DNA of 64,000 nucleotides from a virus (taxonomy: Duplodnaviria > Heunggongvirae > Uroviricota > Caudoviricetes), in IMG/VR virus record IMGVR_UViG_3300023174_000034; one strand, 5' to 3'. The first letter of the stretch is position 1. Every line of letters starts with the position of its first letter. Positions 1-9,968 of the stretch are shown here, one piece after another. A program made the position numbers and the translations under genes. Under the pieces are notes generated by a model, which was not told where the DNA came from, did no database searches, and saw only the letters and a program-made list of their open reading frames with translations.

Positions 1-93
1 AATTAGAATTGCTCACAAAGCCAAGCTAGGTGAAACAAACAAAGATCACGAAGAACTAAACACCATCCTTGAAACAGTGGGCAAAACTCTCTG

Positions 94-402
94 ATGCCAA
101 TTTTTAATGTTGTAAAAGACATCTGGGAGTGGATCAAAGAAGACTTCCAGGAATGGCCCTTGCGGTTTGCACTTGAAGTAACTGCTTGGGCTATGAGTAT
201 TGGTTGTGCATTTACCATGATGCTCACTGTGCCTAATCCACCGTTTTTGATCCTGTATCCGTTGTTTATCACTCAATGCGTGATCTTTTGCTGGGCCGCT
301 TGGACAAGAAAGAGCTTCGGAATGATTGGCAACTATGTACTGCTGGTAAGTATAGATAGTGTTGCATTAGTTAGATTAGTAATGCAGGCGTCGTCCACCT
401 AA
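94..402 (+). CDS. small membrane protein, hypothetical
   Basis: 102-aa ORF with about 3 hydrophobic segments, directly upstream of polB. Confidence 0.6.
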   Translation: MPIFNVVKDIWEWIKEDFQEWPLRFALEVTAWAMSIGCAFTMMLTVPNPPFLILYPLFITQCVIFCWAAWTRKSFGMIGNYVLLVSIDSVALVRLVMQASST

Positions 403-448
403 GGACATGTAGAGTGGTGCCAGCTCAAAGTGGTGCATTGGAGAAATT

Positions 449-3109
449 ATGAGTTATGTAGACGCTTTGTTTGACAGAGCAAAAGACAAGATTCACGTGG
501 TAGAACGTGTGAATGGTATTAGAGAGTACAGAGAATTCCCAGCAGACTTTGTGTTCTATTACGATGATGCCAAGGGCAAATATCGTACAATTTATGGCAC
601 GTCTGTTTCAAGGTTTTCAAGCCGCAATTCAAAAGAGTATCAAAAAGAACTACGCCTTAACAGCAACAAGCGACTGTGGGAGTCGGATATCAATCCCATC
701 TTCCGCTGTCTCGAGGCCAACTATCTAGGTGCAACATCACCTCGACTGCAAACATGTTTCTTTGACATTGAGGTAGACTTTGATCCACTACGAGGTTACT
801 CAAAACCCGAAGATCCATTCAATAAAATTACTGCTATCTCAGTGTATCTAGACTGGCTAGACAAACTGGTCACGCTGGTACTGCCGCCCAAGAGCATGAG
901 CTGGGCCACCGCAGAAGAGATCTGCGCTCAATATGACAACTGCTTTTTGTTTGACCGTGAAGAAGACCTGCTGGGTACATTCCTAGACTTGATTGGCGAT
1001 GCAGATATTCTGAGTGGTTGGAACTCCGAGGGCTTTGATATTCCTTACACTATCATGCGTATCAACAAGGTACTGAGTCGCGATGACACAAGACGTTTTT
1101 GTTTGTGGAATCAATTGCCCAAGCAACGCATGTTTGAACGCTTTGGTGCAGAGAACCTGACCTTTGACTTGATTGGTCGTGTACACTTAGACTACATGCA
1201 ACTGTATCGCAAGTACACATACGAAGAACGTCACAGCTACAGCCTGGATGCCATTGCTGAATACGAACTTGACGAACACAAGACGCAGTACGAAGGTACG
1301 CTGGATCAGTTGTACAACAAAGACTTTCCAAAGTTTATTGAATACAACCGCCAAGATACCATGCTATTGAGTCGACTGGATAAGAAACTACGTTTCCTAG
1401 ACCTAGCAAACGAACTAGCACATGACAATACTGTGTTGTTGCAAACCACCATGGGTGCTGTGGCAGTGACCGAACAAGCTATTATCAACGAAGCACATCA
1501 GCTGGGCCTGATCGTACCAAACCGCACACACAGAGATGAGCAAGGTGACACACAAGCCGCAGGTGCTTATGTTGCTTTTCCTAAAAAAGGCATGCACGAC
1601 TGGGTAGGTGCCATTGACATCAACTCACTGTATCCTAGTGCTATTCGTGCGCTGAACATGGGCCCGGAAACTATTGTTGGCCAATTGCGGCAAACCATGA
1701 CAGATCATTACATTAAAGAAAAAATGGCAGCTGGTAGCACATTTGCTGATGCATGGGAAAACGTGTTTGGCAGTTTAGAATACACAGCAGTCATGAATGG
1801 CGAAATTGGCACTGAGATCACAATTGACTGGGAGTCAGGAGAAACTACTGTACACTCCGCGGCCGAAGTATGGAAGATCATCTTTGACAGTCATAGCAAC
1901 TGGATTCTCAGTGCTAACGGTACTATCTTCACACACGAGAAAAAGGGCATCATCCCCGGCTTGCTAGAACGCTGGTATGCAGAACGCAAAGAGATGCAGG
2001 CCAAGAAGAAGGATGCAGAAACTGACGAAGACAAAGCCTTCTGGGACAAACGCCAGCTGGTCAAGAAGATTAACCTTAACTCCTTGTATGGTGCCATCTT
2101 GAATCCAGGTTGTAGGTTCTTTGACAAGCGTATTGGACAATCAACTACACTAACAGGACGAGTGATTGCACGACATATGGATGCCTATGTCAATGAGTGC
2201 ATTACTGGAGTATACGATCATGTGGGCGAGGCTATCATCTACGGAGATACTGACTCATGCTACTTTACTGCTTGGCCTGCTATCAAAGACGAAGTTGCCA
2301 CAGGACGTATGGACTGGTCAAAAGATACTTGTGTGCAGTTATATGACACCATTGCTGACCAAGTTAATGCCAGCTTTCCTGCATTCATGGAACGGGCTTG
2401 CCACTGTCCACGCGACATGGGCGGACTTATCAAAGGTGGACGAGAACTGGTTGCTGAAAAAAGTTTGTTCATCAAGAAAAAACGCTATGCACTATTGATC
2501 TACGAACTAGAAGGCAAGCGACTGGACACACACGGCAAGCCAGGCAAGGTCAAGGCCATGGGCCTGGACTTGAAGCGTTCAGATACCCCCAAGGTTGTGC
2601 AAGACTTCTTGAGCGAGCTGTTGCTGGATGTGCTAACAGGAGGACAGAAGGAAGGCATCTATGACAAGGTGCGTGACTTCAAGATTGCGTTCCAGGAGAG
2701 ACCTGCTTGGGAAAAAGGCACACCCAAGCGTGTGAATAACTTGACCAAATACTCTAAAGAAGAAGAGCGTTTGGGTCGTGCCAACATGCCAGGACATGTT
2801 CGTGCCGCTATCAATTGGAACAACATGAAACGCATGATGGGCGACAACTACTCAACCAGTATCGTAGACGGCATGAAGACCATTGTGTGCAAGCTCAAAG
2901 ATAATCCATTGGGTTACACCAGCATCGGTTACCCAACAGATGAGTCACATATTCCACAGTGGTTCAAGGACATGCCATTTGATGACAGTCTCATGGAAGC
3001 AACCATCGTGGATCAAAAGGTAGAAAACCTGTTGGGTGTATTGAACTGGAAGATTCCAGAGAATACAGACATCGCAACAACATTTGAAGCATTGTTTACA
3101 TTTGAATAA
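449..3109 (+). CDS. family B DNA polymerase (T4 gp43-like)
   Basis: Exo motifs FFDIE, GWNSEGFD, YNRQD; polymerase motifs DINSLYPS, KINLNSLYG, YGDTDS; SD GGAG at 440; no intein visible. Confidence 0.97.
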   Translation: MSYVDALFDRAKDKIHVVERVNGIREYREFPADFVFYYDDAKGKYRTIYGTSVSRFSSRNSKEYQKELRLNSNKRLWESDINPIFRCLEANYLGATSPRLQTCFFDIEVDFDPLRGYSKPEDPFNKITAISVYLDWLDKLVTLVLPPKSMSWATAEEICAQYDNCFLFDREEDLLGTFLDLIGDADILSGWNSEGFDIPYTIMRINKVLSRDDTRRFCLWNQLPKQRMFERFGAENLTFDLIGRVHLDYMQLYRKYTYEERHSYSLDAIAEYELDEHKTQYEGTLDQLYNKDFPKFIEYNRQDTMLLSRLDKKLRFLDLANELAHDNTVLLQTTMGAVAVTEQAIINEAHQLGLIVPNRTHRDEQGDTQAAGAYVAFPKKGMHDWVGAIDINSLYPSAIRALNMGPETIVGQLRQTMTDHYIKEKMAAGSTFADAWENVFGSLEYTAVMNGEIGTEITIDWESGETTVHSAAEVWKIIFDSHSNWILSANGTIFTHEKKGIIPGLLERWYAERKEMQAKKKDAETDEDKAFWDKRQLVKKINLNSLYGAILNPGCRFFDKRIGQSTTLTGRVIARHMDAYVNECITGVYDHVGEAIIYGDTDSCYFTAWPAIKDEVATGRMDWSKDTCVQLYDTIADQVNASFPAFMERACHCPRDMGGLIKGGRELVAEKSLFIKKKRYALLIYELEGKRLDTHGKPGKVKAMGLDLKRSDTPKVVQDFLSELLLDVLTGGQKEGIYDKVRDFKIAFQERPAWEKGTPKRVNNLTKYSKEEERLGRANMPGHVRAAINWNNMKRMMGDNYSTSIVDGMKTIVCKLKDNPLGYTSIGYPTDESHIPQWFKDMPFDDSLMEATIVDQKVENLLGVLNWKIPENTDIATTFEALFTFE

Positions 3110-3110
3110 C

Positions 3111-4070
3111 ATGGATATCACTCGTTTTTCATTGCTAGCACAAATGCGCCAGTACATCAACGAAGTGCGACCTCTGCCGGCAATTGGGTCATTGAAACAA
3201 GATGTACAAGGACTCATTGGTCTCATGCCTGAATACAATGCCATGCTCAAAGAGCAGGTAGATATCGTAGACCGTGCCGGCACCGACTTTCACGGTGTCC
3301 AGTCTTGTATTGCTACCATGAAGCAAGAAATCGATGCTGAGTATCATGAGATACTAGCACATCTATCAACGCACGATTATTTTGTTAAAAATTTAGCAAT
3401 TAGTAAAAGCGTACGAGAGCACTGGGTGATGTATCCTTCTGTGCTGGATCATGTGTTGATTGAATCAAGTATGATAAAAGATCAATGGAAGTATCCTGCG
3501 GTGTGTGTGAATGCACAGCATGTTAATCTTGTTAATACTTTACTTTCATTTGATCTACTGTACATGGTTGACCCCGACAGGACTATACTGGATCAACAAT
3601 ACGATGCAGTAGAAGACGGAGTCAAGACCAGACTAAAAAAACATCCAGTGTTTAATTTTGAAGATCTTGACTTTGCAAACCAAACGCTACCGATACCAAA
3701 CGGATTGAAGTTTGGCGTGCCTCTGGGGCAAATGGCCATGGTTGCTGTGCCAAACATCTTTGAACGTTTTCCTGCAGAAACAACCAAACGAGTACTAGAG
3801 CAAATCAAACCATTGCTACGCCCAGGTGGCAAGATTGTGTTCAATTTGTTTGACGCCGAAAGTCCCAGTGTGGCGCAGTTGATGGCAGACAGTGTCTGTG
3901 CAGGCATTACACAAAATCAGTTACACAGCATTGCAAATGAACTAGGCCTTGTTGTGCGTTTATGGCAACGTGTGTTAGCAAACGACTTTGTGGTTGTTGT
4001 GCTGGCCATGCCAGGAGAGTTGCATTCAGCCAAGGTCAAATCCAGCTCTGGATTTAGGCGAAGAAGCTAA
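3111..4070 (+). CDS. hypothetical protein with C-terminal class I SAM methyltransferase-like segment
   Basis: VLEQIKPLLRPGGKIVF resembles the MTase post-II strand; no clear GxGxG motif I; start moved to ATG 3111. Confidence 0.5.
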   Translation: MDITRFSLLAQMRQYINEVRPLPAIGSLKQDVQGLIGLMPEYNAMLKEQVDIVDRAGTDFHGVQSCIATMKQEIDAEYHEILAHLSTHDYFVKNLAISKSVREHWVMYPSVLDHVLIESSMIKDQWKYPAVCVNAQHVNLVNTLLSFDLLYMVDPDRTILDQQYDAVEDGVKTRLKKHPVFNFEDLDFANQTLPIPNGLKFGVPLGQMAMVAVPNIFERFPAETTKRVLEQIKPLLRPGGKIVFNLFDAESPSVAQLMADSVCAGITQNQLHSIANELGLVVRLWQRVLANDFVVVVLAMPGELHSAKVKSSSGFRRRS

Positions 4071-4089
4071 GAAATTTTATCAATGTCTA

Positions 4090-4119
4090 TTGACAATCTA
4101 AATAACATCATGTTACACT
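4090..4119 (+). promoter_or_regulatory. sigma70-type promoter with embedded CTAAATA late-like box
   Basis: TTGACA(4090)-18 nt-TACACT(4114) with extended TG; CTAAATA at 4098. Confidence 0.6.
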
Positions 4120-4141
4120 ATTACTAATCACAGGAGAACCC

Positions 4142-4873
4142 ATGAAAGACCACTTACAAGATATCGTACAGCACACACATGCACTAGGCAGTATTGACCT
4201 AGTGAAAATTACAGGTACAGATCAAGAAACTGCAATTGATTCTATTGCAGAGGACCGTTCAATTATTGTTCAGGCCAAGTTCAAGAATCCAGTTCCAGAG
4301 TTTGTTGGTACATTCGGTATGCCTAACCTGGGCAAGCTAAACACAATTATCAACATCCCAGAATACAAGGAAGATGCCAAACTAAGCATCACTAGTCAAG
4401 ACCGTAACGGTGTATCAGTACCAGTTGGTCTTAAGTTTGAAAACAAAGCAGGTGACTTCAAGAACGAGTTCCGCTTTATGGCCACTGAGATCATCAACGA
4501 CAAACTAAAGAGTGTCAAGATGAAACAGGTCAAATGGAATGTGGAAGTTACTCCTACTGTGCAAAATATCCAGCGTTTGAAATATCAAGCAAGTGCCAAT
4601 TCAGAAGAAACAACGTTTATTGCCAAAACAGATGGTAACAAACTAAAGTTCTTCTTTGGCGATCACAGTTCACATGCAGGTGACTTTGTGTTCCAAGATG
4701 GAGTTACTGGCACACTAAACAAAGCCTGGAACTGGCCGGTTAGTGCAGTTATTGGAATCCTAGGACTTGCAGGCGACAAGAGCCTGAAGATCAGCGACGA
4801 AGGCGTTATGCAAATCACCGTTGACAGCGGTATTGCAGAATACAATTATCTACTACCAGCACAACAAAAGTAA
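4142..4873 (+). CDS. DNA sliding clamp (gp45/PCNA-like)
   Basis: 243 aa, beta-rich two-domain pattern, C-terminal ISDEG..ITVDSG..YNYLLP, located next to polB. Confidence 0.7.
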   Translation: MKDHLQDIVQHTHALGSIDLVKITGTDQETAIDSIAEDRSIIVQAKFKNPVPEFVGTFGMPNLGKLNTIINIPEYKEDAKLSITSQDRNGVSVPVGLKFENKAGDFKNEFRFMATEIINDKLKSVKMKQVKWNVEVTPTVQNIQRLKYQASANSEETTFIAKTDGNKLKFFFGDHSSHAGDFVFQDGVTGTLNKAWNWPVSAVIGILGLAGDKSLKISDEGVMQITVDSGIAEYNYLLPAQQK

Positions 4874-4876
4874 TCA

Positions 4877-5083
4877 ATGCCAAACAGCCGAAACACCTCA
4901 GAAGACGCAGTAGCGCAAGTTGGTAATCGTTTTGATCTAGTGTTGATCATGGCAAAACGTGTACGTGAACTCAAGTCCGGACACCGTGCCAAAGTAACAA
5001 ACGCAGGCGGTCCTACCGCTACAGCGCAAATGGAAGTTGAAAAAGGTCATATTGGCCGTGAATATCTCAAGAAAATAAAATGA
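4877..5083 (+). CDS. rpoZ: RNA polymerase omega subunit homolog
   Basis: EDAVAQVGNRFDLVLIMAKRVREL matches the omega signature (GNRFDLVLVAARRARQ); C-terminus PT..A..E...G.IG.EYLKK resembles short betaproteobacterial RpoZ. Confidence 0.85.
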   Translation: MPNSRNTSEDAVAQVGNRFDLVLIMAKRVRELKSGHRAKVTNAGGPTATAQMEVEKGHIGREYLKKIK

Positions 5084-5433
5084 TCAAAGGTCTAATGGGC
5101 AGTCGCGGAGTAGTAGTAGATGGTGGCAACACCTCCGTGCCCTTTGTTAACGCAAATATCAACAATCCCATGACAGGTATGATTCGTATCCATGGAACTG
5201 ACATGCAGGTATTTGACGGATCAGGCTGGCTCAGTATGACTACCAGCTATGCCACAGTAGGACTAGAACCCACTGCCGAAGAAGCCATTAAATGGGTCAG
5301 GCACAAGATGGCAGAAGAGCAAGATCTCAAAGCTCGCATGGAACAACATCCTGGATTAAAGGATGCTTATGAGAAGTTCCGGATCATGGATATCCTAACA
5401 CTAGAAGAAAAGAAGCATGGACAAGAAGCCTGA
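5080..5433 (+). CDS. hypothetical protein
   Basis: 117-aa ORF, ATGA-coupled to rpoZ. Confidence 0.6.
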   Translation: MIKGLMGSRGVVVDGGNTSVPFVNANINNPMTGMIRIHGTDMQVFDGSGWLSMTTSYATVGLEPTAEEAIKWVRHKMAEEQDLKARMEQHPGLKDAYEKFRIMDILTLEEKKHGQEA

Positions 5434-7012
5434 ACAAGATGATCTAACTAGCAAACAGCTAGACTATGCTGTGTTCTTACCAGCTATCTCGGGCTTCTAT
5501 GCTACCTATGTGGGTAAACAACGTGATCCTGTCAACGGACCTTATGTTGATTCTGCACGTATGCCCACAGGCATGCCTAACATGGAATCAATGAACTGGC
5601 TCAACAGCAAGGAAGCATTGTTCCCTTACAAGTGGAGTTTGTATTCAGGTGGTCATGCCAACCTAGATCTCAACAAGCAAGACTGGTCAGAAGACATGGT
5701 TCGCTCGCGTGAGCCAGGTACGTTCATGCTAGGCGACTCTGGTGGATTCCAGATCGCTAAAGGCCTGTGGGAAGGCGACTGGAAGGCCAACTCGGGTTGC
5801 CCCAAGGCACAAAAGAAACGTGATGCTATTCTCAAATGGTTAGATGGCATTGCTGATTATGGTATGATCCTTGATATTCCAACCTGGGTCATCCACGATA
5901 AGAAAGCGAGCAAGGCATGTCAGATCACCACTTTGCAAGAAGCCGTAGACGCCACAAAGTTCAACAACGAGTACTTCATGAAGCACCGTCAAGGCAAAAA
6001 CAATGGCGGCGCAAAATTTCTAAACGTATTACAAGGCGATAATCATACATCCGCAGAGGATTGGTATCAGATTATGAAAGTCTATTGCGACCCTAGTGTG
6101 TACCCAGACACGCACTTTGATGGCTGGGCCATGGGTGGTCAGAACATGTGTGACATACACTTGGTTCTAAAGAGGTTGGTAGCATTGCGCTACGACAACT
6201 TGTTACAAGAAGGAGTTCATGACTGGATGCACTTCTTGGGTACAAGTAAACTAGAGTGGGCATGTTTGCTCACTGATATTCAACGTGCTGTGCGTAAGTA
6301 TGTGAACCCTAACTTCACAATATCATTTGACTGTGCTAGTCCTTTTCTAGCCACTGCCAATGGACAAATGTACCACCACATTGATTTGCCACACAATGAA
6401 AAGTGGTGTTATCGCATGAGTCCTAGTGCAGACGATAAAAAGTATGCCGTTGATACACGTATGTTCCGCGATGTAGTACTACAGGATGGAATATTTCCGC
6501 ATTTTGACGAGAGCCCAATAAGCCAGCATTTACAGATCAAAGATGTGTGCATTTATAAACCCGGCGATCTAAACAAGATCAAGAAAGAGGGCAAGACCAG
6601 CTGGGATAGCTTTAGCTATGCCCTCATGATGGGTCACAACGTATGGACGCACATTGAAGCAGTGCAACGTGCCAATCGTGAATACGATGCAGGCAAGTTT
6701 CCGACCATGATGTGGAACGAAAAAGGCGACCATGCCCGGTTCCGTGACATCGTGGATGCAATCTTTGCCGCACCAGACAAACAATCTGCACTGGACATTA
6801 TTGAATATTACAACAAGTACTGGATGGACATTATTGGTACTCGCGGATTCAAAGGTAAAAAGACTATGAATTCGCACAGCCAGTTCAATGTGCTATTCGA
6901 ATTTGTTGAAGAAACAGAACCTGAGGAGACAGAACGCGATGAGAAAATGGCAGAAGATTCAGCAGAAACTAGACTTGGAAATCTTGTTAGAGACGAACAC
7001 GGAGGAGATTAA
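5417..7012 (+). CDS. dpdA: TGT-fold 7-deazaguanine transglycosylase (DpdA-like)
   Basis: TGT motifs DSGGFQ, LDIP, VLQG, GWAMGG, HFLG, SFDCASP; lacks the CxCxxC Zn site of tRNA TGTs; clustered with folE/queD/queE. Confidence 0.85.
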   Translation: MDKKPEQDDLTSKQLDYAVFLPAISGFYATYVGKQRDPVNGPYVDSARMPTGMPNMESMNWLNSKEALFPYKWSLYSGGHANLDLNKQDWSEDMVRSREPGTFMLGDSGGFQIAKGLWEGDWKANSGCPKAQKKRDAILKWLDGIADYGMILDIPTWVIHDKKASKACQITTLQEAVDATKFNNEYFMKHRQGKNNGGAKFLNVLQGDNHTSAEDWYQIMKVYCDPSVYPDTHFDGWAMGGQNMCDIHLVLKRLVALRYDNLLQEGVHDWMHFLGTSKLEWACLLTDIQRAVRKYVNPNFTISFDCASPFLATANGQMYHHIDLPHNEKWCYRMSPSADDKKYAVDTRMFRDVVLQDGIFPHFDESPISQHLQIKDVCIYKPGDLNKIKKEGKTSWDSFSYALMMGHNVWTHIEAVQRANREYDAGKFPTMMWNEKGDHARFRDIVDAIFAAPDKQSALDIIEYYNKYWMDIIGTRGFKGKKTMNSHSQFNVLFEFVEETEPEETERDEKMAEDSAETRLGNLVRDEHGGD

Positions 7013-7013
7013 A

Positions 7014-7199
7014 ATGGGCGATTGGCACAATCATGTCAAGCATTTGGAAGAATCACATAGAGTTTTGTCTTTGAAAATTGACGAAATGGAACGACATCCT
7101 CATGTGGACGAATTAAAGGTTGCGGAACTCAAGCGTCAGAAGTTAAAATACAAAGACGAGATACAACGATTAGAACAGCAATACAAGGAACACAAATGA
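7014..7199 (+). CDS. DUF465/YdcH-like small coiled-coil protein
   Basis: HLEESHRVLSLKIDEME...LKRQKLKYKDEI pattern; SD GGAGGAG upstream of ATG 7014. Confidence 0.65.
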   Translation: MGDWHNHVKHLEESHRVLSLKIDEMERHPHVDELKVAELKRQKLKYKDEIQRLEQQYKEHK

Positions 7200-7498
7200 T
7201 TTGGCTTGACAAATGGATAGCTAAAAAAGTACGCGAGGCCTGGGAAAAACCTGAACAGTTTCATAACATAGTAGGATCCAAAACTGCCGAGCTAGTGTCA
7301 AGAGATCGAATCCTTGATCATGATGCCAATTTGAACTTCCGCATGTTCCGTGCAGAAAACGGATATGTGATGGAAGTGAGACAGTATGATCGACGAACAG
7401 ATCGTCACTCTGTTAACCTGCATCTAATCACTGATGATGCAGATCTAGGCCAATCTATCAGTCATATCGTAACTGTTGAATCACTAAAGGTATCATAA
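7196..7498 (+). CDS. hypothetical protein
   Basis: 100-aa ORF, translationally coupled on both sides. Confidence 0.6.
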   Translation: MIWLDKWIAKKVREAWEKPEQFHNIVGSKTAELVSRDRILDHDANLNFRMFRAENGYVMEVRQYDRRTDRHSVNLHLITDDADLGQSISHIVTVESLKVS

Positions 7499-8013
7499 TG
7501 GATCGTCCAGAACACAACGGTGCTCATATGTTTGTTGGCACTGAAGTAGAACATTCACCAGCACATGGCATGCGTACACTATTTGTAATTGGATTACAAG
7601 ATGCAACCAACGTGGTAGCAGCCGCTCAAGAACACAACTGTGAACACATCTACTTTGGCGCTAACATGAGCTTTCCTAATCCGTCGGTTAACAACAGCGG
7701 CGTTTGGAATCAGTGGGAAAACATGATTGGCTCATGTTTGATGCACGGCGCTTGGTGTACACTAGATATTGATGTCACCGCCGCAGAAGGTCTATTAGAA
7801 AGCACACTGATTGACCACGATCGCTTTATTCCAATGATCAGTGTAAAATTGCCCTATGCCAAACTATACAACTACAACACAACAATCAAGATCGACGACC
7901 GAGACTTCCAGGCAACCAACCCAGGTGTTTGGTGCCACAGTTTACACGAACTAAGAAATCGTGCAGTGTTTACTGACTGGTCTAAATATACTCAAGACAA
8001 GGTAATCAAATGA
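7498..8013 (+). CDS. hypothetical alpha/beta protein in the deazaguanine cluster
   Basis: 171 aa, enzyme-like motifs GTEVEH, HIYFGAN, NPGVWCH; lies between dpdA and the dpdL-like gene. Confidence 0.6.
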   Translation: MDRPEHNGAHMFVGTEVEHSPAHGMRTLFVIGLQDATNVVAAAQEHNCEHIYFGANMSFPNPSVNNSGVWNQWENMIGSCLMHGAWCTLDIDVTAAEGLLESTLIDHDRFIPMISVKLPYAKLYNYNTTIKIDDRDFQATNPGVWCHSLHELRNRAVFTDWSKYTQDKVIK

Positions 8014-8450
8014 CAGTACAAGCATACAGAGAACAAACAGAAGTAAACCGCGAAGTAGCGGATAGAATGATCTGGGTTAAGTTTCAAAAGGAAGGTATCC
8101 ATTGCTATCCAGCGGCGGCAACTGAGCCCTTGCTAGCAGATGTATCTTTTTTGGCCAACCCGCATCGACACATATTTCATTTCAGAGTTTCGATCAGCGT
8201 GTTCCATAATGATCGCGATATTGAATTCATCCAATTCAAGCGTTGGTGTGAAGGCCTTTATTCAGGTGGCACACTGGCACTCGATTATAAGTCATGCGAG
8301 ATGATTGCAGACGACTTATATATCCAAATTAACTTGCGCTATCCAGGTAGACATGTTATTATAGAGGTAAGCGAAGATAACGAAAACGGTTGTAGTATCG
8401 TTTACGAAGATCCTCGCACACCCGAAACAACCTTCCATCACCCAGTCTAA
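8010..8450 (+). CDS. QueD-paralog T-fold protein, DpdL-like (putative CDG decarboxylase)
   Basis: H..(IHCY), LANPHRHIF = LxxxHRHxF in place of CxxxHGH, SCEMIA, VSED. Confidence 0.7.
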   Translation: MTVQAYREQTEVNREVADRMIWVKFQKEGIHCYPAAATEPLLADVSFLANPHRHIFHFRVSISVFHNDRDIEFIQFKRWCEGLYSGGTLALDYKSCEMIADDLYIQINLRYPGRHVIIEVSEDNENGCSIVYEDPRTPETTFHHPV

Positions 8451-8461
8451 GGAGATATACG

Positions 8462-8785
8462 ATGGCAAATCCAAAGTGGCTCGAAAAGTATTTTCGCATG
8501 AAGCCCGAAGTTACACAGATCTATGACGATCTGGAAAAATTCAAACAATTCTGCGTGGATCACGGCAGATTGTTCAACGAGGCCGCATTGTACAACGAAC
8601 GAGATCGTGACTACTTTGACTTCCTGAGATTCAAGGAACGTGGCTATGCAAAGAACGCATGGAACTGGGCACACAAAGACCCCAATGAAGTACGCAAGCC
8701 GTACACAGGTCCACGTCGCGAAGGCGGTGGTGGCTACAAAGGCAACAACTATCGCCCAGGCGGAGGCTACAACCGCAATGCGTAA
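8462..8785 (+). CDS. hypothetical protein with Gly/Tyr/Arg-rich C-terminal tail
   Basis: SD AAGGAG; C-terminus GGGGYKGNNYRPGGGYNRNA. Confidence 0.6.
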   Translation: MANPKWLEKYFRMKPEVTQIYDDLEKFKQFCVDHGRLFNEAALYNERDRDYFDFLRFKERGYAKNAWNWAHKDPNEVRKPYTGPRREGGGGYKGNNYRPGGGYNRNA

Positions 8786-9968
8786 GCTATACTACATGGG
8801 CTTGGAGTCTTACAAGGCTCGTTATACTCTGCAACTCACAGAGTGGAACAAGCGTGTGTTTGATGCACGTGGACTAGATGTTGTCTACGTGCCAGGCTTG
8901 ACACTAGACAACAGTCAGCAGATTGTTGTGGGTCAAGTGCTAGACGCACACGGTCGCAGTTACTTTGGTATGAGTCAGATGATGAATCTGGTTCGTATGA
9001 TGCAACAAGGTGAAGTAACCGCAGATGATGTGATCTACTTTGAAGACATGTTCCAGCCCGGCTTTGAAAGTCTTGGCTACATCATCAACCAAGTTCCTGA
9101 AGAACTGCGCCCACGCATCTTTGTGCGCTGTCTAGCACAGGCCATTGATCCAGATGACTTTGTTCATGTATGGGGCATGGGCAAGTGGATGATGGACTAT
9201 GAACGCATGGTCAATGACATTGTGACCACTTCCGGTGGTGCTGTGTTAGCTACCAACGAAGAGATGGTCATGCACATGAAGGTAGCAGGTTGGACTGCTC
9301 CTATCTACAACATCTCCGGCTTGGCATTCGGCAAGAGCGAAGTACGTGAACGTGTGCCGGGTGAGCTCAAGCCATTTGACAAACGAGCATTCCGTGTGGG
9401 TTTTGCCGCACGTTGGGATCAAGAGAAACAACCAGACTTTTACATGGACTTGATTGAACTGTGGGCAGAGCGTCATCCAGGTGAACGTTTGGAGTTTGCA
9501 CTGTTCAGTGGTGCTAAACTAAAAAGCAACAACGACAGCTACATGGCTCGTACAAGAGATCTCGAAGCACGTGGCTTGCTCACAATCTATGAAGACCTAG
9601 AAAAGAACGATTACTATGCTCTCGTTAATGATACTCGTGTGCTTTTTAATTGTGCGTTACAAGACTGGGTGTCTAACACTGTCAGCGAAGCAGATACTTT
9701 GGGCTGTAATGTTCTCTATCCTGCTTACCGTAGTTTTCCTGAAAGTTTTAGTAATGACCACACCAGGCTCTACATCCCTTGGAGCCTAGAGGATGCTATT
9801 ACCAAGTTGGAAAAGTTGATTCGCAAGCCACATGCTAATCAAGGCCGGATCTCAGACTGGACCAATGGCACAGTTGATCGTATTGTGGACATCCTTGAAG
9901 GCAAAGGCGAATCTTGGTTGCGTATGAGCACAGACTACCGTAAGCACACTCACGAAAGCAAGTTCTAA
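8778..9968 (+). CDS. GT-B fold glycosyltransferase
   Basis: C-terminal GT4-like features FAARWDQEKQP, QDWVSNTVSEA..LGC, YP.YRSFPE; start at ATG 8778. Confidence 0.8.
   Translation: MRKLYYMGLESYKARYTLQLTEWNKRVFDARGLDVVYVPGLTLDNSQQIVVGQVLDAHGRSYFGMSQMMNLVRMMQQGEVTADDVIYFEDMFQPGFESLGYIINQVPEELRPRIFVRCLAQAIDPDDFVHVWGMGKWMMDYERMVNDIVTTSGGAVLATNEEMVMHMKVAGWTAPIYNISGLAFGKSEVRERVPGELKPFDKRAFRVGFAARWDQEKQPDFYMDLIELWAERHPGERLEFALFSGAKLKSNNDSYMARTRDLEARGLLTIYEDLEKNDYYALVNDTRVLFNCALQDWVSNTVSEADTLGCNVLYPAYRSFPESFSNDHTRLYIPWSLEDAITKLEKLIRKPHANQGRISDWTNGTVDRIVDILEGKGESWLRMSTDYRKHTHESKF

Noticed and set aside
449-3109. Intein or intron in polB (also checked thyA)
   Set aside because: Frames are continuous, lengths are normal, and no splicing motifs were seen.
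5417-7012. Ordinary tRNA-guanine transglycosylase (tgt)
   Set aside because: Longer than tRNA TGT, lacks the CxCxxC Zn site, and sits near replication genes. A DNA-acting DpdA is more likely, though tRNA activity is not excluded.
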